Assembly: GCA_963675595.2 (NCBI GenBank)
Contig: CAXXLZ010000002.1
Coordinates: 2,336,001 to 2,400,000, forward strand
DNA from: Thermodesulfobacteriota bacterium
GTDB taxonomy: Bacteria; Desulfobacterota; Desulfarculia; JACQYL01
DNA: 64,000 nucleotides
Direction: 5' to 3'
Shown here: piece after piece, positions 10,430 through 19,980 of the stretch
Layout of the letters: the number at the start of each line of letters is the position of its first letter
Numbering within the stretch: the first letter of the stretch is position 1
Notes under the pieces: generated by a model
The model's database searches: none
What the model saw: the letters and a program-made list of their open reading frames with translations, nothing else
Told to the model about the DNA's origin: nothing
Position numbers and translations under genes: made by a program

Positions 10430-10716
10430 GGGCACGCTCCGTTTCTGGGTTGGGCTTCCGTTCTTCGATAATGTAGACCAACGATTCATTCAAACCGACC
10501 CAAATTATACCACGCCCCACGGGCTGCAAAAAAACGCTTTCCATAGAAAGTATTCACCCCTTTCTTCCTGCATATTTTCAACGGCATCCGATCGCAGCCC
10601 CCGAACATCGTGGTTATTGTAAGTTTGTCTATTCATACCTGACTCTTTTTTTGTACGGATGATGGACAGTTGTTGGAAGCACAAAGTAACGGTCTTTTCG
10701 GAGAAGGAGAACCAAA

Positions 10717-11280
10717 ATGCGAACAATTCTTCCAGTTGAAAGCAAGAGTCTGTTGGTATCGGCCCTTATCGCCTGGCTGCTGCTGTTTCCTTCGGCGATT
10801 AAGGCCGAAGATTCCGGCCCCGTGATGGCCTACGGCATGGAAGTCATGCTGCAGGGAGGGAAAATGGTCACACGAGGAGCGGAGCTGCTTACAAAGGGTC
10901 TGGAACTGGTGGAAGCGGGTAACGCCTCCGGAGACGCCGGTTTGGTCGAAACCGGCAAACGACTCATCGCGGACGGCAAGGACATGATGGCCAAGGGTGA
11001 GGCCGTGATGAAGGAAGGGAAGAAGATGGCGGCGGGCGGCGGTCACGAAATGAAGGCGCGCGCGGAGCACAAAATGATGAAGAATCGACCGGATGCCCAC
11101 GAAGGCGATCATTCCCAACCGGGTGCCGCTCCCGCTTCCAAGAAGGAATGCAAAAATAAGGGTGACATGGATCACAAAGCGGGCGGCGCGGAGGTGAAGG
11201 CCGGCCAGCCGGCCGCCGAGGCGGCCCACGACCACGGAGGAGCCATGCCCGAAGCGGCTGAAAAGTCCCCTCAAGAATAG
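10717..11280 (+). CDS. Secreted hypothetical protein, Met/His-rich
   Basis: AAGGAG RBS, signal peptide, helical Met-rich repeats, His-containing low-complexity tail. Confidence 0.6.
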   Translation: MRTILPVESKSLLVSALIAWLLLFPSAIKAEDSGPVMAYGMEVMLQGGKMVTRGAELLTKGLELVEAGNASGDAGLVETGKRLIADGKDMMAKGEAVMKEGKKMAAGGGHEMKARAEHKMMKNRPDAHEGDHSQPGAAPASKKECKNKGDMDHKAGGAEVKAGQPAAEAAHDHGGAMPEAAEKSPQE

Positions 11281-11337
11281 TCCGGGGTTGACGCTTCAGG
11301 GTCGATGCATTTCGGGGGAAGCGTCGAGACCGAATTG

Positions 11338-11369
11338 AAAGGGCCGATCCCCTTGGGGACCGGCCCTTT
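11338..11369. terminator. Probable bidirectional intrinsic terminator
   Basis: AAAGGGCCGATCCCC-TT-GGGGACCGGCCCTTT hairpin between convergent genes. Confidence 0.7.
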
Positions 11370-11437
11370 GTTTTCCAAAGCCCGATTCGCCGCTTCCCTG
11401 ACGGGAAAAGGATTCTCGGCAGAAGCCGCCCGGAGAA

Positions 11438-13189
11438 TCAGTCGATCACGGGCGGATTGTCGCATCCCGAATAGGTTACCGTAATGGGGTCCTCACCGGC
11501 ACATTGAAACACCACCTGACCTCCGGTGGGATGAGTGCAGTCTATTCCCACATCCATGGTGAGGTCCGTCACCGTCAGTGTGGCCCCGCCGTAGCTGCTG
11601 GTCTTTTCGGCACTCGTATTTACCGTGAGAATGTCCTGGTCCCGTACCACGATCAGATCCGCAATCAGCGTGCGGGTACTCGCCTCTTCGGTCACCGCCA
11701 TGTTGGTGGTGATTTCCAGGGTCCCCCCGTCGTCGCCCATGTCGCCGTCAAAAGTCGCCTTGCCCGTGACGGACAGATCGGGAACTCCGAAGTTATTGAA
11801 GGTGAGGTCCGCCTCCAGGTTCGGGGAGTCGCTCGTCGGATTCTCGATGACGCCGCTGATGCTGAACGCCCCGGACAAGGGCACCCCGTCGGCCACGAAG
11901 GAAGTCGAAGTGAACACCAGCGAAAAAGGTATTTCCGTTGCCGAAGTGCCATCAGCCGAAAACGACAGGGAGCCGGCTCCCGAAAAGGACCAGTCTCCTT
12001 GAGTTAGATTCGACGAAGTGATGGCTACCAGGCCGGAGATTTGCGCCGACGAAGTACTGCCGGACACTTCCAGATCCAGGCTCCCGGAGATGCTCCCATT
12101 GAGAGGATCGCCGTCTGCTCCCGCATCCAGGTTGGTGAACGTCGCCTCCAAGCTTCCGCTTATGTCGAGATCCAGGGGTGGAGAATAGTCCACGTCGAGA
12201 TTCGAGAGGTGCAGTTCCATGGAACCGGAATACAACCGTCCGTCCACGGTGCACCCCGTCCCGAAATCCACGACGATGTCCAGTTCGGATGGTGGCTTCA
12301 GCTTGAAGAAATCCGTAATGGGCGGATCCACCGTAACCTCGGGGCATCCGGAAGAACCTCCCGCCAGGATCGCGTCCAGGATGACCTGTCCCACGCCCAG
12401 AAGATCGTTAAAAGAGCCTCCGGCGGACAATTCGATAAGTTCCCGGATATTTTCCACCAATCCTCCGGCTTCAGCCTCACCCACATCACAGCCGCCCGGA
12501 TCATCCGATACGTCCGGCGCGATGAACTCTTGATCCAAGGACCAAGAGTCGGAGCCTCCGCCTCCCCGTTGAATCACCGCATCCACCGAATCGCCCGTAT
12601 TGAACGTCAGTTCCAGGGTGTCCTCGGAACCCGGAAGCAGACTCGATGCATGTACGCCGTCCCGATAATCCGAGTCCAGAAAGACTTCAAACGTCACCAG
12701 GTCCTGGGTAAGAATCGCGATTACGGAATGATAGGTCTCGTAAAATTGGAGATAAAGATTCGTGGTCACCGGGTCGGGCTTGTACAAGCCGTCTCCCGAC
12801 CGGTCGGCGTCCGGCGACGCGAACTGCCGCGAAAAAGAGTACGACGTGGAACTTGCCGGCGTGAGGGCCCCCGCTTCGGCCACATCGGACGCAGTCAGGG
12901 ACGCTTGCGCGGTGAAGGTCGTCTCGTTGAAATTCATGACGAGGTGTTCTTGAGGATTGTTCAAAGCGTCCACATCGACTCCGTCTCGATAGTCGGAATC
13001 CAGGAACACGTGCCAGTGCTGCAGGTCGGGGGTCAAGATCACGATGATCGACTTGGTGGTGTAAGTTTGGACATAGGCGCTCATGGCGTCGTCCGCGGTC
13101 TTGTAAATCCCGTCCAAAGCAGCGCCCGCCGTAGCGGCCGATGCAACGCACACCAGCAGGACCAAACAAACCGCGAGTCTTCTTCTCAT
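11438..13189 (-). CDS. Secreted acidic beta-rich hypothetical protein with N-terminal tandem duplication
   Basis: Signal peptide; AGGAGG RBS; VFLDSDYRDGV occurs twice. Confidence 0.7.
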   Translation of the reverse strand: MRRRLAVCLVLLVCVASAATAGAALDGIYKTADDAMSAYVQTYTTKSIIVILTPDLQHWHVFLDSDYRDGVDVDALNNPQEHLVMNFNETTFTAQASLTASDVAEAGALTPASSTSYSFSRQFASPDADRSGDGLYKPDPVTTNLYLQFYETYHSVIAILTQDLVTFEVFLDSDYRDGVHASSLLPGSEDTLELTFNTGDSVDAVIQRGGGGSDSWSLDQEFIAPDVSDDPGGCDVGEAEAGGLVENIRELIELSAGGSFNDLLGVGQVILDAILAGGSSGCPEVTVDPPITDFFKLKPPSELDIVVDFGTGCTVDGRLYSGSMELHLSNLDVDYSPPLDLDISGSLEATFTNLDAGADGDPLNGSISGSLDLEVSGSTSSAQISGLVAITSSNLTQGDWSFSGAGSLSFSADGTSATEIPFSLVFTSTSFVADGVPLSGAFSISGVIENPTSDSPNLEADLTFNNFGVPDLSVTGKATFDGDMGDDGGTLEITTNMAVTEEASTRTLIADLIVVRDQDILTVNTSAEKTSSYGGATLTVTDLTMDVGIDCTHPTGGQVVFQCAGEDPITVTYSGCDNPPVID

Positions 13190-13300
13190 GGATCATGACC
13201 TCCTGCGAAGAATTAGAATTGGCGTCCGGCGGCATATCCGACCGCCGGGACGAGATATCTCCGGCCCGTCGCCCCGCGGAATCCTTCACGCGGCTCAAAT

Positions 13301-13528
13301 CTATCGTTCAGATTCTTCGGAATCGGGTTCGTGACCCGGCACCGGTCCGAAAACGGCGCCACGGAACACTTTCCTTATCCAAAGGATGGTCATTCCACCG
13401 CCCAGAACTCCTCCCAGCTTCAGACCCCAGCCGGGAGGCCACTCGGCGAGCCTGGCGACGGCCATCCCTATGAAAAAACCCAGAAAACAAGCAACCACAA
13501 CACCGGCGATACCTTTCAGGACTTTCAT
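13301..13528 (-). CDS. Small two-TM membrane protein
   Basis: GGAGGG RBS; two hydrophobic Gly-rich segments. Confidence 0.5.
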   Translation of the reverse strand: MKVLKGIAGVVVACFLGFFIGMAVARLAEWPPGWGLKLGGVLGGGMTILWIRKVFRGAVFGPVPGHEPDSEESER

Positions 13529-13893
13529 GAACCCTCCCGAATGGGTTGCCTTGAAGGTAGGTTCGTGGAGAAGACAATGACACACTTCTTCAGCATCGCG
13601 AAACTGTAGCTGAATCCCCGAGTTGAATCAACGAAAAGAGGATCGACCGTCGCCGACTTGTGCACAACTCCTTGCATGTCGGGCTCATTTCCTTATCTTA
13701 TGGTCATACTTTCTTATATCCATGGACACTGGGAGGCGCGAAGTCCGAGGGAGGTGATTCCCCGTCGCTCCGGGATGGCCTGCGGCATCCGGCGTTCAGG
13801 TTCAGACAGGTGAGGGGTAAGATTATCCCGGCCTCGATCCCTCCCGAGTCGCCCCACATCCCCTCGGAGCCGGTAGATTTGGAGAAGCTTTTG

Positions 13894-15570
13894 ATGCGGA
13901 AACTCGTTTTCATATTCGGCTTGGTCATCGGGCTCGTCAGCGCTGCCGCAAGCGCCGGTTTTACAGCCGAGACGCCGTCGCCGGAAGTCATCAACAGCAT
14001 TCGGGACCGCGTCGAGAACGCAGGGTCGTGTCCGGTACTCAAAATTCGTGATCAGCTGTGCCACGCATCGCTGGTTCTTCCCCAATTCTACCGAAAAAGT
14101 GAATTCTGTCCCGTTTGGGGCAACGACAAGGGAATATCCACAGCGACATCGGAACTTCTGGAAACACTGGGCGATGCGGAACTCGAGGGACTCCGATCGT
14201 CGGATTACCACCTTTATCGGATCGAAGCCCTTGTGAAGGAAATCCGCACGGCAAGCGCCGAGGGCAAGGCCGTCGACACCGAAACCCTGGCCGACCTGGA
14301 TTTTCTGCTCACCGACGCCTTCCTCGTCTACGCCTATCATTTGCTCAACGGGCGGGTGGACCCTCAGACGGTCTCGCCCAACTGGCACATTGTACAGCCC
14401 GTCGGTGACCTGACCGAGATGTTGAGACTCGCCCTCAAATATTGCGACGTACGAAAGACATTGAAAGGGCTGGCCCCGACGGAACCCGGATACGTCAATC
14501 TGCGTAATGGGCTGAAACGATATCGAGAAATCCGGTCGTGCGGAGGCTGGATGCCTATTCCCTCAGGTCCCAAGCTCGAAAACGGGGTCACGGATCCTCG
14601 TGTGCCGGCGCTCTGCTTTCGTCTCGCCCTGGCGGGAGACTTGAAGGACGACGACATCTACCGCGGAGACCGTTTCGACGACACGCTCGAAGCGGCCGTA
14701 AGATCCTTTCAAGGCAGACACGGATTGGATCAGGACGGAGTGGTGGGCCCCCAAACACTGTCCGTATTAAACGTTCCGGTGGAAGACAGAATCCGGGCGA
14801 TTCTGGTGAACATGGAAAGATGGCGCTGGCTTCCCATAGATCTGGAAGACGAGTATCTTATGGTTGACATCGCCAACTATCACCTCTACATCGTGGAACA
14901 CAACCAGCCGGCTTTGGACATGAGAGTGGTGGTGGGCAAACCTTTCTGGAGCACGCCCGTGTTCAACGGCATGATGACCTACCTGGTGATGAATCCCTTC
15001 TGGAACGTACCCCTGAGCATCGCCTTGAAGGAGACATTGCCCGCCGCATTGAAAGATCCGGCCTATCTCGATGAGAACCGCATCCGTATGGTCAAGGGCT
15101 GGGGAGCCAAAGCGCGGATATTGGACCCCTCCTCAACGGAGTTGTCGAGGGAAGCTCTCCTACGTGCGGATTACCGGTTCCGTCAGGATTCCGGCCCGGG
15201 GAACGCATTGGGACAAATCAAGTTCATGTTCCCCAACCGCTTCAACGTTTATCTTCACGATACTCCGGCCAAGTCATTATTTCAAAGGCCCAACCGCAGC
15301 TTCAGCCACGGGTGTATCCGCGTGGAGGAACCCGTGAGACTTGCGATTTACCTTCTCAGGAACGACCCCGCTTGGCCTCCGGAGGTGATCCACCGGCAGC
15401 TGGATTCCCTGGAGTCGAAGACGGTACGGCTGCCCAAACCTCTCCCCGTCCATATTCTGTACTGGACTGCGTGGGCGGACGAAAACGGGCAAATGCGCTT
15501 TCGAGACGACGTTTATAATCGGGACGAGGCGGTGCTGAACGCTCTATTGCAGAAACCGCTCAACCCGTGA
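13894..15570 (+). CDS. L,D-transpeptidase (YcbB/LdtD type) with peptidoglycan-binding domain
   Basis: FQGRHGLDQDGVVG PG-binding motif; YLHDTP...SHGCIRV catalytic motif. Confidence 0.9.
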   Translation: MRKLVFIFGLVIGLVSAAASAGFTAETPSPEVINSIRDRVENAGSCPVLKIRDQLCHASLVLPQFYRKSEFCPVWGNDKGISTATSELLETLGDAELEGLRSSDYHLYRIEALVKEIRTASAEGKAVDTETLADLDFLLTDAFLVYAYHLLNGRVDPQTVSPNWHIVQPVGDLTEMLRLALKYCDVRKTLKGLAPTEPGYVNLRNGLKRYREIRSCGGWMPIPSGPKLENGVTDPRVPALCFRLALAGDLKDDDIYRGDRFDDTLEAAVRSFQGRHGLDQDGVVGPQTLSVLNVPVEDRIRAILVNMERWRWLPIDLEDEYLMVDIANYHLYIVEHNQPALDMRVVVGKPFWSTPVFNGMMTYLVMNPFWNVPLSIALKETLPAALKDPAYLDENRIRMVKGWGAKARILDPSSTELSREALLRADYRFRQDSGPGNALGQIKFMFPNRFNVYLHDTPAKSLFQRPNRSFSHGCIRVEEPVRLAIYLLRNDPAWPPEVIHRQLDSLESKTVRLPKPLPVHILYWTAWADENGQMRFRDDVYNRDEAVLNALLQKPLNP

Positions 15571-15648
15571 AAGGAGAACAACTGCGGGGCTCCATCCACC
15601 TGAAGCCCCCTCGCTTGTTCGGAACCGCGCAAAGAAGGAAAAGATACA

Positions 15649-16692
15649 ATGCGCCGTAATATTCTTTCGATGGTCTTCATTCTATGTCTCACCTTGATCG
15701 GTTTCACGTTCGGATTGAAATCCGCCGCGGCGAAGGAGATTTTCGATCCGGGACGCGCCTCCTTTTCTGTACGGGTCAACGATCAGGAATGCCCGTACCG
15801 CGTATTGGGCGTGTACGTTTTGCCCCGGGAAACCGTGACCCTGAAAACCGCTCATGACGACGGCCGACGACATTACGCCGTACGAGTCTCATCCGGAGAA
15901 CTGACCCCCTTCTCTTTCAACACCTGGACTTGGAAGGCGCCCTCAAAGCCGGGATTATACCCCATGACCTTCACGCGTCGGGCCGACGGCGACACCATCA
16001 CGTTGAACATGTTTGTCCTGGTCCCCGCTTCCCGGGTACGCAAAGGAGTCCTCAACGAATTCCGCATCGGGGAATATCCGAAACAACCCTTCAAGGGCCT
16101 ACCCATATACGGTAAACCCAAGGGCTTCATTCAAGTAACGGCGGACACGGCGGACGCCCGGGTTTCACCTCATTTCCGCCTAAGCCAGTTCCTGTGCAAA
16201 CAGCTTTGCAGTTATCCCATGTACCTGGTGCTTCGCGAACGCCTGCTCCTGAAGCTGGAATATCTTCTGGAAGAGGTGAACCGGCGGGGCTATTCCGCGG
16301 ACACCTTCTACGTAATGAGCGGATATCGGACGCCGCACTACAATCGAAGCATCGGCAATGTGGCGTACAGCCGACACATGTGGGGAGGAGCGGCGGACAT
16401 TTTCATCGATCGGAATCCGAAAGACGGAATCATGGACGATTTGAACGACGACGGGAAAATCACCGTCCACGACGCCGCAATCCTATACAACATCATCGAG
16501 GAAATTCAGGATGATCCGTCCTACCGACCTTTTATCGGAGGCATGGGAGCCTATCAGAGCACCAAGGCTCATGGGCCGTTCGTCCATGTGGATATCCGAG
16601 GATTTCGGGCCAGATGGGGCAAGCTGACGGAGAATCCCTCGTTGGCCAAAGCCAAACGGTCGCGCCCCAAAGGAAGGGAAAATACCGACTGA
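15649..16692 (+). CDS. Peptidase M15A family (YcbK-like) zinc peptidase with N-terminal extension
   Basis: SPHFRLSQF, SGYRTP, SRHMWGGAAD, FVHVDIRG. Confidence 0.8.
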   Translation: MRRNILSMVFILCLTLIGFTFGLKSAAAKEIFDPGRASFSVRVNDQECPYRVLGVYVLPRETVTLKTAHDDGRRHYAVRVSSGELTPFSFNTWTWKAPSKPGLYPMTFTRRADGDTITLNMFVLVPASRVRKGVLNEFRIGEYPKQPFKGLPIYGKPKGFIQVTADTADARVSPHFRLSQFLCKQLCSYPMYLVLRERLLLKLEYLLEEVNRRGYSADTFYVMSGYRTPHYNRSIGNVAYSRHMWGGAADIFIDRNPKDGIMDDLNDDGKITVHDAAILYNIIEEIQDDPSYRPFIGGMGAYQSTKAHGPFVHVDIRGFRARWGKLTENPSLAKAKRSRPKGRENTD

Positions 16693-16718
16693 AGTCTCGC
16701 CGGAAGGAAAGGAAGGGG

Positions 16719-16955
16719 TCAACCACCCGCCAGAGGTGGGAACACGGCAATCAGGTCGTTTTCGTGGAGCACGTCTTCCGGCTTGGCATGTACCGCGTTT
16801 CGCAGCACGATCCGGGCCGTCTCCCTGGGGATGTTTAAGATTTCCAGGAGCTCTCCGATCGTGGTCCCTTCCTCCACCTTCATTCGTCCCGTGTCCGCCA
16901 CAAGGGGAGGATAGAGTTTTCGGAGGTCGGCAAAGAGCTTAAGTCGTATTTCCAC
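16719..16955 (-). CDS. MoaD/ThiS sulfur carrier
   Basis: KLFADLR...FPPLAGG with C-terminal Gly-Gly; alternative start 16976. Confidence 0.85.
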   Translation of the reverse strand: MEIRLKLFADLRKLYPPLVADTGRMKVEEGTTIGELLEILNIPRETARIVLRNAVHAKPEDVLHENDLIAVFPPLAGG

Positions 16956-17232
16956 TGTCTTTGAGCCCCCGAGCATAATAAATCGCCACAAAAGTATTGT
17001 AGGCCAATTGCGGGGGGAACAATCCCAAACGATCCCCGCCCGCCAGGGTGCGGTTGTCCGAGACCCCCAGATGATTCAGGAAGATGATCTTCACATCCTC
17101 CGGTTTTAGTCCGAGAGCATCCACCGCGTCTCTGATGGTGGCCCCTTCGGGCAGTTCCAATTCCAGAAGTCCGTCTCGGTGACCGGACACCTTTTTCCGT
17201 AAAAAACCGCCCAGTTTGACCTGAATGGTCAC
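16939..17232 (-). CDS. MoaD/ThiS-fold protein lacking the C-terminal Gly-Gly
   Basis: IQVKLGGFLR...LPEGATIRD...DRLGLFPP then a 22-aa extension; GTG start after AGGAGA. Confidence 0.7.
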   Translation of the reverse strand: MTIQVKLGGFLRKKVSGHRDGLLELELPEGATIRDAVDALGLKPEDVKIIFLNHLGVSDNRTLAGGDRLGLFPPQLAYNTFVAIYYARGLKDSGNTT

Positions 17233-17402
17233 CCAAGAGTCTCCTCTGCGTTCGCGTCCCGATGAAATCGAACCTTCATCGCATGCCCCAATTCCCCCCA
17301 TGGGACGAAACGGAAGGCCATGCTTGGAACTCGGAGGGGAAGGATACCGGGGACCGCCCACGCAGGGCGACCCCCGGCGTCTTGAATCGATGCGTTCACA
17401 CG

Positions 17403-19133
17403 CTAGAAATTGAATACGGTGTCCAATTCCTCGTCCGAGACGTCAAAGACCACATTGTGGGGCGCCACGGGTTCCTTGCGGAAGAACTCCGGCAGGCGAT
17501 CGTCCTCGCTGCTGAACCCCGCCTTTCGATTGAAGTCGCGTTCAACCTTCAGAATGTCCTTCCCGGTCTGAACGAAGGTGTCCGCGGTGAAGGACGTGCC
17601 GGTTTTGGCGGTAATCATCTCGCATATGCCTTCCAGGGCTGTGGGATCGTCCAGCACGGCGAAGGCGGTGAACAGGCAGAGGCCCGTGGAGTCCAAGGTG
17701 GCGGTGGCGATCTGCAGGTTTCTGGAAAGCTCCACCTGACCCTCGGTCTTCAGAGGATTCACCTGACCGCCCACACTCAGGATGTTCGCGGTTGTGGCGT
17801 ACCCCGCCGTATGGTCCGCGCCCATGGTCGAGGTGGCATAGGTCACCCCCATGCCTTTGACCGCTCTGGGATCGTAGGCGGGCAGGGCTTGTCCCTTGAC
17901 CACGGGTACGTGTTTCACCCCGAATACACGACCGGCGGTTTCCGCTCCGCTGCCCAAAATACGGCCGAGGGGAGTTCCCTCGCTCACTTCCTTGATCAAC
18001 CGAAGAACGCCTTCGGCATCCCCGAATGGGAGAACTCCGCCTTCCATGACGACCCCCATGGTGGCTCCCATCTCGATGGTATCCAGGCCCACGTCGTCGT
18101 ACATCCGATCCATGCGCGCGATGGCGTGAAGATCGCTGATTCCGCAATTGGGACCATTGGCCCAGACGGTTTCGTACTCAGGCTCCTTGGTCACGTACTC
18201 GCCTTTCTCGTCGACCCAAACTCCCGAGCATCGGATGGTACACCCCGAATGACAGCCGTGGGTGGGTTTCCCGCCCAATTTGGTAATAATTTCGTGGGCC
18301 GCCTCCCCGCTGACTTTTTCAGCCGCGTCGAACTGACCCGACGAAAAGTTCCTGGTGGGCAACCCGCCCGCCTCGTTGAGAATATTGGTCAGAACATTGG
18401 TCCCATACGTGGGAAGCCCTTGGCTGGTCACCGGATGGGAATTGAGGGCGTCGAGAAACTTCTTCTGCGCCGCCTTGAACCCGTCCGGATCCTCAAGAGG
18501 CGCCTTCTCTCCTCCGGTGGGATCAACAACCACGGCCTTGAGTTTCTTGGAGCCCATGACCGCGCCCAACCCACCGCGTCCGGCGTGGCGAGTGGGACGA
18601 TTCTCCTGGTCGGTGACCGCGATGCTCGAAGCGGTAAGCAGCATTTCACCGGCGCGACCGATGGTAATGAATGCGGATTTGGTGCCGTATCGTTCCTCGA
18701 GTTTGGCCACCGCATCGTAGTTGTTCAAGCCCGCGATATCCGCCCCGTCTTCCATCCGAACGCCGTCTTTGGTGATGACGGCCACGGACCACTTGTCGTC
18801 TTTGGGGACTCCTTCCACCACCACGCCTTGGATGCCCAACCGCGCCAAGTATTGCCCCGCTTGTCCTCCGGCGTTGGACTCCTTGATCCCTCCCGTAAGG
18901 GGACTCTTGGCTCCGAATGAGATCCGTCCGGATGTGGGCGCAATGGTCCCACCTAGAATTCCGGGAGCAAACACGAGCTTGTTATTGGGTCCCAACGGAT
19001 TGGACTGAGGGTCAACCTCGTCGTGCAGCATGCCCGAAGTGAATCCCCTACCCCCCAAGTGCCGGTACTTGTCGGGGACCTGCTCGAACGCCGCAGCCCG
19101 GTTCGTCATATCGATTCTCAAAATCCTCGCCAT
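17403..19133 (-). CDS. aor: Tungsten-containing aldehyde:ferredoxin oxidoreductase
   Basis: KSPLTGGIKESNAGG, GRGGLGAVMGSKKLKA, CHSGCTIRC, EPEYET, GLDTI, DDRLPEFF. Confidence 0.92.
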   Translation of the reverse strand: MARILRIDMTNRAAAFEQVPDKYRHLGGRGFTSGMLHDEVDPQSNPLGPNNKLVFAPGILGGTIAPTSGRISFGAKSPLTGGIKESNAGGQAGQYLARLGIQGVVVEGVPKDDKWSVAVITKDGVRMEDGADIAGLNNYDAVAKLEERYGTKSAFITIGRAGEMLLTASSIAVTDQENRPTRHAGRGGLGAVMGSKKLKAVVVDPTGGEKAPLEDPDGFKAAQKKFLDALNSHPVTSQGLPTYGTNVLTNILNEAGGLPTRNFSSGQFDAAEKVSGEAAHEIITKLGGKPTHGCHSGCTIRCSGVWVDEKGEYVTKEPEYETVWANGPNCGISDLHAIARMDRMYDDVGLDTIEMGATMGVVMEGGVLPFGDAEGVLRLIKEVSEGTPLGRILGSGAETAGRVFGVKHVPVVKGQALPAYDPRAVKGMGVTYATSTMGADHTAGYATTANILSVGGQVNPLKTEGQVELSRNLQIATATLDSTGLCLFTAFAVLDDPTALEGICEMITAKTGTSFTADTFVQTGKDILKVERDFNRKAGFSSEDDRLPEFFRKEPVAPHNVVFDVSDEELDTVFNF

Positions 19134-19222
19134 GAGTTTTCTCCTTGTCTTCCGGTTTAAGATAGGAACAACATATCAGGAAAGATAGGGCGGTGCAACT
19201 ATATTAATAATAATTTCAATAT

Positions 19223-19244
19223 GTTATGTCTGGATTGACATAAC
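19223..19244. promoter_or_regulatory. Palindromic operator upstream of aor
   Basis: Perfect GTTATGTC-N6-GACATAAC in the AT-rich divergent promoter region. Confidence 0.6.
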
Positions 19245-19260
19245 CCGCCGGCTTTTATGC

Positions 19261-19305
19261 AATGAAGATTCTTCCGCGGGAGCTTCCCTCGGAAGAATCT
19301 TCATT
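19261..19305. repeat. 16-bp perfect inverted repeat
   Basis: AATGAAGATTCTTCCG-N13-CGGAAGAATCTTCATT. Confidence 0.8.
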
Positions 19306-19415
19306 TGCCTTTACGGCACGGCACGGTTTACATTGGAGGCAATCGGAGAATGTCGATCCGCGCGCATCCCGGGATCCAAGGCTGTTTGCCGCCACGCCAA
19401 GGAAGGAGAGACGAG

Positions 19416-19913
19416 ATGCTGGATATCATCAAATCCCGCCGCAGCATTCGCAAGTTCACCCAACAAACCGTAACTGATGAAATCATCCGGGAAGTGATCG
19501 AGATGGGCGTTTGGGCCCCTTCGGGCTTGAACAACCAGCCGTGGAAATTCGTCGTCGTCCGCGATGCCCAAATCAAGGAAGAATTGTCCGGGCAAACCCG
19601 CTACTCCCACATCGTCAAAGGAGCCCCCGTCTGCATTGCGGTTTTTCTGGATCGATCTCAAAGCTATGACTACGTGAAGGATGTTCAGGCGGTGGGAGCC
19701 TGCATCCAAAACATGCTGTTGACGATACATCATTTAGGGCTCGGCGCCGTCTGGCTCGGGGAAATTCTCAAGAACAAAGAAGCCGTGGCCGCTTTGCTTG
19801 GAGTACCGGGCGACATGGAGCTCATGGCCGTGGTGGCCCTCGGCCATCCCTCGGAGGCACGGAAAGCCGGCACCAGAAAGCCGGTGGACGAATCCATCAT
19901 CGCTTGGAAGTAG
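19416..19913 (+). CDS. Nitroreductase family protein
   Basis: RRSIRKF, APSGLNNQPWKF, GLGAVWLG. Confidence 0.88.
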   Translation: MLDIIKSRRSIRKFTQQTVTDEIIREVIEMGVWAPSGLNNQPWKFVVVRDAQIKEELSGQTRYSHIVKGAPVCIAVFLDRSQSYDYVKDVQAVGACIQNMLLTIHHLGLGAVWLGEILKNKEAVAALLGVPGDMELMAVVALGHPSEARKAGTRKPVDESIIAWK

Positions 19914-19980
19914 TACGTCGCGGCACTTCCCCAGGATTCCGTGTAAGCCGTTCAACGCATTCAAATCCCAGGAGACCTGG

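Noticed and set aside
8741-10471. Long antisense ORFs (also 17262-18920, 32578-34314, 45553-47205, 26573-region minus, 49846-50919)
   Set aside because: Shadow frames of well-supported genes in GC-rich DNA.
17000-17025. Frameshift in the C6 run that might restore a Gly-Gly end to the second MoaD-like gene
   Set aside because: Neither the +1 nor the -1 frame yields GG followed by a stop.
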